Part shown: positions 15,968 through 24,778 of the stretch, piece by piece | Position numbering within the stretch: the stretch's first letter is position 1 | How the letters are laid out: every line of letters starts with the position of its first letter | Assembly (NCBI GenBank): GCA_030830185.1 | Contig: JAURNN010000025.1 | Span: 1-38,903 of the forward strand | Direction of reading: 5' to 3' | Source of the DNA: Bacillota bacterium | GTDB taxonomy: Bacteria; Bacillota_I; Bacilli_A; Acholeplasmatales; Acholeplasmataceae | Length of the DNA stretch: 38,903 nt | Notes under the pieces: model-generated | Told to the model about the DNA's origin: nothing | Databases searched by the model: none | The model's input: the letters and a program-made list of their open reading frames with translations, nothing else | Made by a program: the position numbers and the translations under genes

Positions 15968-15995
15968 AAAAAAAAGTAGCTGGGCTACTTTTTTG
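15968..15995 (-). terminator. Intrinsic terminator after jag
   Basis: Minus strand reads AAAAAAGTAGC-CCA-GCTACTTTTTTTT. The stem includes the jag stop codon and is followed by a U-tract. Confidence 0.6.
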
Positions 15996-16605
15996 GACGA
16001 ATGACAAGTGCGCGTTCTTCGCCTTCACCTTGAGATTCGGTTTCTACATCGCGCCATTCGCTTAATTTCGTGTGAATGATGCGTCTATCGTAGGCGTTCA
16101 TTGGATCAAGTTTAACTTCGATTTTAGATCTAGCAACATCTTTCGCGGTTTTCGTTGCAAGAATTTCTAGTTGGCGTTTATGATTTTCAAAATAGTTAGC
16201 AATGTCAAGAGTAATCACGGCTTGACTTTGAACAAACGTCTGCAAATAACTTCTAAGTAGGTATTGAAGCGCAATCAACGTTCTTCCTTCTCTTCCAATA
16301 AGTACTGCGTTGTCTGTAGATTGTATATTATAATGAATTTCTTTGCCGTCTTCTTTTGTTCTAAGTTCCATTTTAAATTCAACATCCATTGTTTGTAAGA
16401 TGCTTTCCAAATAGGTTTTTCCTTCAAGTGTTAAGTTGACGTCAGGAATGGCTTCGTACAAATTGTTCCCACCAGCAAAAAGACCTTTTTTCTCGCGAGT
16501 AAGTGTGATTTTTAGTTTTTCCGGTTGAATTCTTAATTCTTCTGCAGCGCGTTCGCGAGCTTCAGTCTCGTTTTTAGCTTCTAATTCAATACGTTTTAAA
16601 ATCAT
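15985..16605 (-). CDS. jag: RNA-binding protein Jag/KhpB (Jag_N, KH and R3H domains)
   Basis: 206 aa. R3H motif YDRRIIHTKLSEW, KH-like segment NAVLIGREGRTLIALQYL. Conserved position after yidC, with a 4-nt overlap. Confidence 0.88.
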   Translation of the reverse strand: MILKRIELEAKNETEARERAAEELRIQPEKLKITLTREKKGLFAGGNNLYEAIPDVNLTLEGKTYLESILQTMDVEFKMELRTKEDGKEIHYNIQSTDNAVLIGREGRTLIALQYLLRSYLQTFVQSQAVITLDIANYFENHKRQLEILATKTAKDVARSKIEVKLDPMNAYDRRIIHTKLSEWRDVETESQGEGEERALVIRPKK

Positions 16606-17996
16606 TTAACTAGACCTCCTAAAAGTTCTTTTTCTTTTAGTTTTGCGTGTTTCTTTTCGCTTAGTCTTCTGTTTATAATTGTTTGTGTAAGTGAATATAA
16701 GTTACCAAAGATCCAATAAACAGCAAGCGCATTGCTTTGGTATGAAATAAACATCATCATAATGACCATAAAGTAACTCACGTATTTCATGGTTTGTTGA
16801 GATTGTTGTGCTTGTGGGTTAGGATTTACAACTGTTTTTGCATAGTTTGGTTTAGACATCGCAAGTTTTTGAAGTCCAAACATGGTTGCACCTACAATTG
16901 ATGCTAATACAATTGCTGTGATCCCATCGTTTGTATTTGCTAAATCAATTCCAAAGAACATTGTGTTTGAAACTTGTTCTGAATACATACCGCCTGGAAT
17001 TGTAATTCTTCTAACGACACTATACATTGCAATAAAAATTGGCATTTGTAGAAATGGTAATAAACAACCAAACGCATTAATGCCGTATTTTTTGTATACG
17101 CCCATCATTTCCATTTGCATTTGTTGTTGTGATTGTGGATCTTTTCTTGTTGCGTACTTACCTTGGACGCGTTGCATTTCAGGTTGTGCAAGATTCATTT
17201 TTAAGCTCAAATCATTACTTTTCGCATAAATAGGCCATGCAAGTGTTCTTACAATCAATGTTGTAAATAAAATCCCAAGTGCAAATGAGTTTCCAAATAG
17301 CCCCCCAAATAATTGGGTTAGGAATGCAACTGGAATTACTAAAATCCAATCAAAGAACCCAGCATCATCAGAGTGAATAGGTGCTTCTCCGCCTGTAACA
17401 TAGACTTCAAAGTTTGCTGAATTTCCTTCATAGGTAAACGTAACATCAAAACTATCGTTTGCAAAAAAACCATCTTCTTGAAGAGGAATAAACCCGTTGT
17501 TTGAGAATTTATCTATATGCTCTTCAGCATTTAAAATCTCAACTGTTCCGTTAGCACGAACAACATATACATCTAATCCTTCTAAGTTTTCTATTCCACC
17601 AATGTTTGTTCTAACATTTGCCTCATTAAAAATAAAATTGATTAAAACAATGGTTGTGTCGTTAGAATTGACGTTGCTAGGGATAACATAAATATCAAAA
17701 TCATAAAGTACATCATTATATGAAACGCGGTATGTTAAAACTCCGTTATCTCCAACGGGTTCGTTGATTCCTTGGTTTTCTAATGGGACGACTTCAACTT
17801 CACCCGATTGTTTGATGTTTAAAAACGAGACACCCTCTTCACCTTTAAAGACATATCCGTTTGCGAATTCAGCCTCTGTGTAGACCATATTTAAAGGTGC
17901 GTTTACAACTGTTTTAATCGTCTCATCTTCTTGGGTACAACCCGATAAGATGACAAGTGCTAAAATAACACTAAATAGCAATACTATTTTTTTCAT
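16602..17996 (-). CDS. yidC: Membrane protein insertase YidC (lipoprotein type) with an extra N-terminal extracellular domain of about 200 aa
   Basis: The preferred start is ATG 17996 (RBS GGAGAAAAATA), giving MKKIVLLFSVILALVILSGC (lipobox). The YidC/Oxa1 core is WPIYAKSNDLSLKMNLAQPEMQRVQGKY...GCLLPFLQMPIFIAMY...LAVYWIFGNLYSLTQT. The ORF-track start at 18059 is rejected. Confidence 0.88.
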   Translation of the reverse strand: MKKIVLLFSVILALVILSGCTQEDETIKTVVNAPLNMVYTEAEFANGYVFKGEEGVSFLNIKQSGEVEVVPLENQGINEPVGDNGVLTYRVSYNDVLYDFDIYVIPSNVNSNDTTIVLINFIFNEANVRTNIGGIENLEGLDVYVVRANGTVEILNAEEHIDKFSNNGFIPLQEDGFFANDSFDVTFTYEGNSANFEVYVTGGEAPIHSDDAGFFDWILVIPVAFLTQLFGGLFGNSFALGILFTTLIVRTLAWPIYAKSNDLSLKMNLAQPEMQRVQGKYATRKDPQSQQQMQMEMMGVYKKYGINAFGCLLPFLQMPIFIAMYSVVRRITIPGGMYSEQVSNTMFFGIDLANTNDGITAIVLASIVGATMFGLQKLAMSKPNYAKTVVNPNPQAQQSQQTMKYVSYFMVIMMMFISYQSNALAVYWIFGNLYSLTQTIINRRLSEKKHAKLKEKELLGGLVK

Positions 17997-18336
17997 TATT
18001 TTTCTCCGTGAGTGTTGCTTGATCGGTAAGTTGCAACACATTTTTTTGGACTTCTTCAAAACTTAACTGATTTGATTTTGGGTAAATAACAACAACAAAT
18101 TGGACATGGTTTGAAATTTGTTGTATTGAAGAAACAATCATTCGAATTTGTCTTTTTCTAATGTTTCTGGCAACGGCATTGCCGTACTTTCTTCCTATAG
18201 ATAATGCAAACCTAAAGTGTAGTTGATCCAAGTTTTTTATGAAGTGGATACCAAAAAATTGGTTTTTAACGCTTTTTTTATTTGCAAAAACAAAATCAAT
18301 TTCTTTCTTTGTTTTTAGTCGGTATCTTTTTTTCAT
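17971..18336 (-). CDS. rnpA: Ribonuclease P protein component
   Basis: 121 aa and basic. MKKRYRLKTKKEIDFVF...FRFALSIGRKYGNAVARNIRKRQIR. Conserved rpmH-rnpA-yidC order. Confidence 0.88.
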   Translation of the reverse strand: MKKRYRLKTKKEIDFVFANKKSVKNQFFGIHFIKNLDQLHFRFALSIGRKYGNAVARNIRKRQIRMIVSSIQQISNHVQFVVVIYPKSNQLSFEEVQKNVLQLTDQATLTEKNNEKNSIAI

Positions 18337-18405
18337 ATTTTTTTATAAAAAAAGGACGTCTCTTTGAAATTTATTCGAGTAGTCCTAGTTATTTATAAAT
18401 TACAA

Positions 18406-18540
18406 TTAAACGGTGAGCTGCGCTCTACCTTTTGCGCGACGTCTTGCAAGTACGCGGCGTCCACCAACAGTTGCCATTCTTGCTCTAAAGCCGTGTGTCT
18501 TTTGACGTTTACGTTTATTTGGTTGATATGTTCTTTTCAT
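18406..18540 (-). CDS. rpmH: 50S ribosomal protein L34
   Basis: Own translation; this gene is not in the ORF track. [44 protein letters not shown] plus TAA. RBS GAAAGGTGG. Confidence 0.95.
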   Translation of the reverse strand: MKRTYQPNKRKRQKTHGFRARMATVGGRRVLARRRAKGRAQLTV

Positions 18541-18577
18541 GTATCTTACCACCTTTCATAGGAAACCATGCTTTGTT

Positions 18578-18606
18578 ATTATATATAAAGGTTTTATCTT
18601 TGTCAA
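18578..18606 (-). promoter_or_regulatory. Consensus promoter of the rpmH-rnpA-yidC-jag operon
   Basis: Minus strand reads TTGACA (reverse complement of 18601-18606), a 17-nt spacer, then TATAAT (reverse complement of 18578-18583). Both hexamers are perfect. Confidence 0.75.
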
Positions 18607-18642
18607 CAAGAATCCATTACAAAGTTAGAGGCTGGGCTCTAA

Positions 18643-18792
18643 TGTGGACAACTCTTTGTTATAGTTATAGACATTGTGGACAACTGGATAACCCTTAAAG
18701 TGTCTTTATAAAGACTTAAAGTGTCTTTTTTTATCCACAATTTTTGTTGTTTCTTTCGTGCTTATAAAAAGTTATCCACAATTTTTGTTGTT
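18643..18792. promoter_or_regulatory. oriC part 1: DnaA-box cluster between rpmH and dnaA
   Basis: TTATCCACA at 18731-18739 and 18772-18780. Each is the start of an identical 21-mer TTATCCACAATTTTTGTTGTT. TGTGGACAA (the reverse complement of TTGTCCACA) at 18643-18651 and 18675-18683. TGGATAACC at 18685-18693. A 14-nt direct repeat CTTAAAGTGTCTTT at 18694-18707 and 18715-18728 flanks the palindrome GTCTTTATAAAGAC. Confidence 0.8.
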
Positions 18793-18857
18793 ATTTATTT
18801 ATTTGTTTTTGTTTTTTTTATGCTAATATTTCCTTATGATTTTTAGGAGAGACCCTT

Positions 18858-20213
18858 TTGAACAATTACGACATCTTATGGCAAACAATTTTATCTGATC
18901 TTGAACAAACTTATGATGAAGATACTTTCGGTGAGGTTTTTGAGCCTCTTCAAACAATTCATCAAGTTTTAAATAACGTTATTTATATTCTTGTACCTAA
19001 TGAATTTATTAAAAACCGGATACAACGATTATATTTATCTAAAATTCAAGATCTCGCTCAAATTCATAGTGGTGAAACACTTCGTTTTAAGTTTTTGCTA
19101 GAAAACGAAATAGAGCCCGAGTATGATATTGTATCTCCCGATCTAGATTTAGAAAACAGATACCGTCTAGGTAATTTAAACGGCTCTTTCCGCTTTGATA
19201 ATTTTGTTGTTGGTAAAAGTAACATGTTTGCATTTAGAATGGCGATGAAGGTTGCTGATCAACCGGGCGTTGTTGCAAATCCACTTTATGTATTTGGTGA
19301 TGTGGGATTAGGAAAAACACATTTAACTCAAGCGATAGGAAATTATATTTTAGACAATGATCCGCTCGCAAAAGTTTTATATGTCAAGGCAGATAGTTTT
19401 ATTGAAGATTTTGCAAACTTACTCAAACGACAAAAAATGGATGATTTCCATCTTAAATACCGTGATATCGATGTTCTACTTGTTGATGATATCCAAATTA
19501 TGGGTGGTGCAACAAAAACTCAAATGGAGTTTTTTAAACTTTTTGATATTTTGTATCAACAAAATAAACAAATTGTCATTACAAGTGATAAGCCAGCTTC
19601 AGAATTAAAAAATATGATGTCCCGGCTAACATCGCGATTTGAAGTGGGTTTAAGTGTTGATATCCAAGTTCCAGATTTAGAACACAGAATTGAAATCTTA
19701 AAAAGAAAGTTATCTTCTGAAACATCTCAAGCAGAAGCGATGAACTATGATGTTTTGAACTTTATTGCGTCTTCTTTTGTAACAAACATAAGAGAACTTG
19801 AGGGTGCTTTAAAACGTGTCTTATTTTATGCACTTACAAATAATATTGATATTACTATCGAGCACGCTCAAGAAGCTTTAGAACCTCTATTAAAAACTAG
19901 ACGGAAAAGTAATCAACTCAACGAAAACAACTACGATCGTATTCAAAGTGTTGTTAGTGATTTTTACGGGATTTCAATTGATGACCTTATTGGTAAAAAA
20001 AGACATTCTAAATATGTCATTCCAAGACACATCGCAATGTATTTAATCAAAACACAACACAATATTCCTTATAAGAGCATTGGTTCGTTGTTTGGAGATA
20101 GGGATCATTCAACGGTATTAACAGCGTGTGAGAAAATTGAAAATGAACTCAAACAAGATAAAACACTGAAGCTCGCGGTCGATACAATCATTAAAAAACT
20201 AAATCATGTTTAA
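18858..20213 (+). CDS. dnaA: Chromosomal replication initiator protein DnaA (TTG start)
   Basis: 451 aa. Walker A GDVGLGKTHL, Walker B LLVDDIQ, DNA-binding domain IPRHIAMYLIK...SIGSLFGDRDHSTVL. RBS AGGAGAG lies 7 nt before the TTG. There is no in-frame ATG near the conserved N-terminus. Confidence 0.95.
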   Translation: MNNYDILWQTILSDLEQTYDEDTFGEVFEPLQTIHQVLNNVIYILVPNEFIKNRIQRLYLSKIQDLAQIHSGETLRFKFLLENEIEPEYDIVSPDLDLENRYRLGNLNGSFRFDNFVVGKSNMFAFRMAMKVADQPGVVANPLYVFGDVGLGKTHLTQAIGNYILDNDPLAKVLYVKADSFIEDFANLLKRQKMDDFHLKYRDIDVLLVDDIQIMGGATKTQMEFFKLFDILYQQNKQIVITSDKPASELKNMMSRLTSRFEVGLSVDIQVPDLEHRIEILKRKLSSETSQAEAMNYDVLNFIASSFVTNIRELEGALKRVLFYALTNNIDITIEHAQEALEPLLKTRRKSNQLNENNYDRIQSVVSDFYGISIDDLIGKKRHSKYVIPRHIAMYLIKTQHNIPYKSIGSLFGDRDHSTVLTACEKIENELKQDKTLKLAVDTIIKKLNHV

Positions 20214-20224
20214 CCACATTTTAA

Positions 20225-20340
20225 AGTGGATTATTTGTGGGTTATTTGATATAATAATCTATAGATGAAGCCCATAAAAAAGTTATCCACAAACCCACAT
20301 TTGTAATAATAATTATACTTATAAATATAATAAAAGGACG
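20225..20340. promoter_or_regulatory. oriC part 2: DnaA box(es) plus an AT-rich candidate unwinding element between dnaA and dnaN
   Basis: Perfect TTATCCACA at 20283-20291. Degenerate boxes at 20236-20244 (reverse complement TAACCCACA) and about 20226-20234 (reverse complement TAATCCAC). An almost pure A/T run follows at 20300-20335: ttgtaataataattatacttataaatataataaaa. Confidence 0.65.
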
Positions 20341-20347
20341 TGAACGT

Positions 20348-21478
20348 ATGTTATTTTCAATTGAAAGAGATAGTTTACTAAATCATTTAAATACCATTCA
20401 AAAAGGATTGCCTTTAAAAACACCAATGCCTATTTTATATGCAATTAAATTTGAAGCACTTCAAGATCATATGATACTAACAACGTCTAATTCAGATGTG
20501 GCAATTCAAGTAGTTGTTGATGATCCATCATTAGAAATTAAAACACCAGGTAAAACTGCAATTCCAGGTCGTTATTTAATCGACATTGTTAGAAAAGTAG
20601 TATCTAAAAATATTGAGTTTGCATTGATAGAACAAAACATTATGGTGATCCGTGCAGATAAATCAGAATTTAAACTACGTCTTATGGATGTGGAAGACTA
20701 TCCAGATATCGATTTCATGGATTTAAACGATCCACTGACATTTGATCCCAAAGCATTATCAAACGTCATTAAAGAAACAAATTTTGCAACCTCACAAAAC
20801 GAAAAACGTCCTGTATTAACCGGTGTTGATTTTAAATTTTTAGAGAAAAAATTATTTTGTGTTGCAACAGATTCATACAGACTTGCTCAAAAAGAAATGG
20901 CTTTTGATTTAGAAAGAGATCCTTTTGATTTAGTCATTCCAAATAAAAGCTTAGATGAACTTCAAAAAATATTAGAAACCATCAACTCACCAGTAGAACT
21001 TTATATTAACCCTAATAAAGTACTATTTAAATTTGATAACATTTTATTTCAAACAAGACTTCTAGAAGGTTCTTATCCTGATACAATGAGGATTATTCCA
21101 AAATCTTTCGTTGTAGAAATCCCATTCCATAAGGAACAACTCCTCGCTGCCATCGATCGTGTTTCACTGCTTTCACCTAAAGAAAGAGAAACCAATGTTA
21201 ATATCGTTAAGTTGGCACTTAAAGAAAACCAAGTGGTTGAAATTAGCTCAACAAATGCTGAAATTGGAGACGCTTCAGAAGAAATCATTCCATCTGGAGA
21301 TGTAAAAGGTCCTCAAATAAAACTCGCATTTTCTTCAAAATACTTAAAAGAAGCACTTAAAACGTTTCACTCTGAAGAAGTTACAATTTCATTCTCAGGA
21401 GAAATCAAACCATTCATTATTACCGGTAAAGAAGATCCAACATTATTACATTTAATTTTACCAGTCCGATTAGACTAA
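20348..21478 (+). CDS. dnaN: DNA polymerase III beta sliding clamp
   Basis: 376 aa with typical three-domain length. Position after dnaA. Segments LTTSNSDVAIQ, PVLTGVDFKF, ATDSYRLA, LPVRLD. Confidence 0.93.
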   Translation: MLFSIERDSLLNHLNTIQKGLPLKTPMPILYAIKFEALQDHMILTTSNSDVAIQVVVDDPSLEIKTPGKTAIPGRYLIDIVRKVVSKNIEFALIEQNIMVIRADKSEFKLRLMDVEDYPDIDFMDLNDPLTFDPKALSNVIKETNFATSQNEKRPVLTGVDFKFLEKKLFCVATDSYRLAQKEMAFDLERDPFDLVIPNKSLDELQKILETINSPVELYINPNKVLFKFDNILFQTRLLEGSYPDTMRIIPKSFVVEIPFHKEQLLAAIDRVSLLSPKERETNVNIVKLALKENQVVEISSTNAEIGDASEEIIPSGDVKGPQIKLAFSSKYLKEALKTFHSEEVTISFSGEIKPFIITGKEDPTLLHLILPVRLD

Positions 21479-21496
21479 AAAAACTTAAGATACAAC

Positions 21497-21532
21497 AAAA
21501 AAGCCGAAATTTTATCAAATACGGCTTTTTTT
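21497..21532 (+). terminator. Possible intrinsic terminator after dnaN
   Basis: AAAAAAGCCG...15-nt loop...CGGCTTTTTTT. The G/C core is short and the loop is large, so this is tentative. Confidence 0.4.
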
Positions 21533-21598
21533 ATTATTTTGATGACAACCCCTACTTATACTTAAAAAACGAAAAATGAACCATTTTTAAAAGTTTTA

Positions 21599-21607
21599 TG
21601 GTATAAT
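21599..21607 (+). promoter_or_regulatory. Extended -10 promoter (TGgTATAAT) immediately upstream of yaaA
   Basis: TG at 21599-21600 and TATAAT at 21602-21607. Only 6 nt (TACACT) separate the -10 from the yaaA ATG at 21614, and there is no Shine-Dalgarno sequence. Confidence 0.45.
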
Positions 21608-21613
21608 TACACT

Positions 21614-21835
21614 ATGAAACAATATGAAACCTTCATACTAAAAAAAGAATATATTACACTTGGTCAACTCGTGAAAGCGTGTGGTTTTATTGCTTCAGGT
21701 GGGGACGCAAAATCGTATTTGGTGGAGCACCCAGTAAAAGTAAATGACATCCTTAAATCAACGAGAAAAACCAAAGTAGTTGATGGTGATGTTGTTGAGA
21801 TAGAAAATAGCATTTATAAAGTTATCCATGATTAA
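21614..21835 (+). CDS. yaaA: S4-domain RNA-binding protein YaaA
   Basis: 73 aa. ITLGQLVKACGFIASGGDAKSYL...V.VNDI...KVVDGDVVEI. Conserved slot between dnaN and recF. Confidence 0.85.
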   Translation: MKQYETFILKKEYITLGQLVKACGFIASGGDAKSYLVEHPVKVNDILKSTRKTKVVDGDVVEIENSIYKVIHD

Positions 21836-22859
21836 AACGTTAACCTTAACAAACACAAGGTGTTTCCACCAAAAAAAGCTTATTTTCGAACATCCTCAAA
21901 CCTACATGTTTGGTGATAATGGTGTTGGAAAAACAGCCATTTTAGAAGCCATTCACATGATTGCAACAACGAAATCACACCGAACCAACCAAGATAAAGA
22001 AATCATCCAAGAAGGAAAACCGTTTTCTAAGATTACACTAGAAACAAACCAAAACACATTTGAGATGGTCATTACAGATAAAGGAAAAAGAGTTTGGTTC
22101 AATGGTGTTGAAAAAAGAAAACTATCGCAGTTTATTGGCCACTTAAACATCGTTTTGTTTGCTCCTGAAGACATTGAACTCATTAAGGGATCACCAACCT
22201 ATCGTAGACAGTTTTTAGATATTGCAATGACTCAAATAGATCCAAGCTATTTAGATATCCTCACAAAATACAAAAAAATACTAAAACAAAGAAATGCGCT
22301 ATTAAAAAAAATTGATGTCACGGGGGATTTCACATTTCTTGATATCTTATCAGAGCAACTTTTAATAGAAGCAAAGACGATGATTGAAAAAAGAACACAG
22401 CTCATAGATATTCTTAATGAGGTAATTCAACCAATTACAAAACAGTTTCAGCTTCCGCTTGTAAAAATAGAATATAACGATGATGTCAATTTAGACCAAT
22501 TAAAACTACATTTATTAACAAAGCAAAAGATTGATATTATCCAACAAGCCACATCAAGGGGCCCACACAAAGACGATTTCACTGTTTACTATGAACAAAA
22601 AAACGCAAGTCAATATGCCTCTCAAGGACAACAAAGGTTACTGGCACTATCACTTAAGCTTGCACTCTTCCAACACTTAAAAAAAGAAAGCAATAAAGAA
22701 TTAATCTTACTTTTAGACGATGTTTTAAGTGAATTAGACGAAACCCATCAACAACAACTTTTAACATACGAATTTCAAAACTACCCACTCATCATGAATA
22801 GCACCCACGATCACGTGAAACACAACATGCACAACATGCATCTTAAAAAGGAGTCATAA
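21828..22859 (+). CDS. recF: DNA replication/repair protein RecF
   Basis: 343 aa. Walker A GDNGVGKTAILEAI, signature-like SQGQQRLLALSLKLA, Walker B LILLLDDVLSELD. 8-nt overlap with yaaA. Confidence 0.9.
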   Translation: MIKTLTLTNTRCFHQKKLIFEHPQTYMFGDNGVGKTAILEAIHMIATTKSHRTNQDKEIIQEGKPFSKITLETNQNTFEMVITDKGKRVWFNGVEKRKLSQFIGHLNIVLFAPEDIELIKGSPTYRRQFLDIAMTQIDPSYLDILTKYKKILKQRNALLKKIDVTGDFTFLDILSEQLLIEAKTMIEKRTQLIDILNEVIQPITKQFQLPLVKIEYNDDVNLDQLKLHLLTKQKIDIIQQATSRGPHKDDFTVYYEQKNASQYASQGQQRLLALSLKLALFQHLKKESNKELILLLDDVLSELDETHQQQLLTYEFQNYPLIMNSTHDHVKHNMHNMHLKKES

Positions 22860-24764
<1,905 letters not shown>

Positions 24765-24778
24765 AAAGGACAACAATC

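Noticed and set aside
15918-16028. Longer start for the YiiX-like ORF (MKAKNAHLSFVQKSS...).
   Set aside because: The extension overlaps the 3' end of jag and runs through the jag terminator hairpin and the extended -10 element. ATG 15917 follows those signals and begins the TM anchor.
17997-18059. Longer yidC start in the ORF track (MKKSKKMCCNLPIKQHSRRKI...).
   Set aside because: The extension lies inside rnpA coding sequence and has no RBS. ATG 17996 has a GGAG RBS and starts a textbook lipoprotein signal peptide.
18344-18392. A possible partial terminator between rpmH and rnpA (AGGAC...GTCCT followed by T7 on the minus strand).
   Set aside because: The stem is only about 5 bp with a loop of about 25 nt and mismatched extensions. 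It is plausible as an attenuator but too weak to call from sequence alone.
18364-18698. Plus-strand ORFs 18364-18561 and 18495-18698.
   Set aside because: The first is antisense to rpmH, whose L34 translation is unmistakable. The second covers the rpmH promoter and DnaA boxes. Neither has an RBS or any recognisable protein features.
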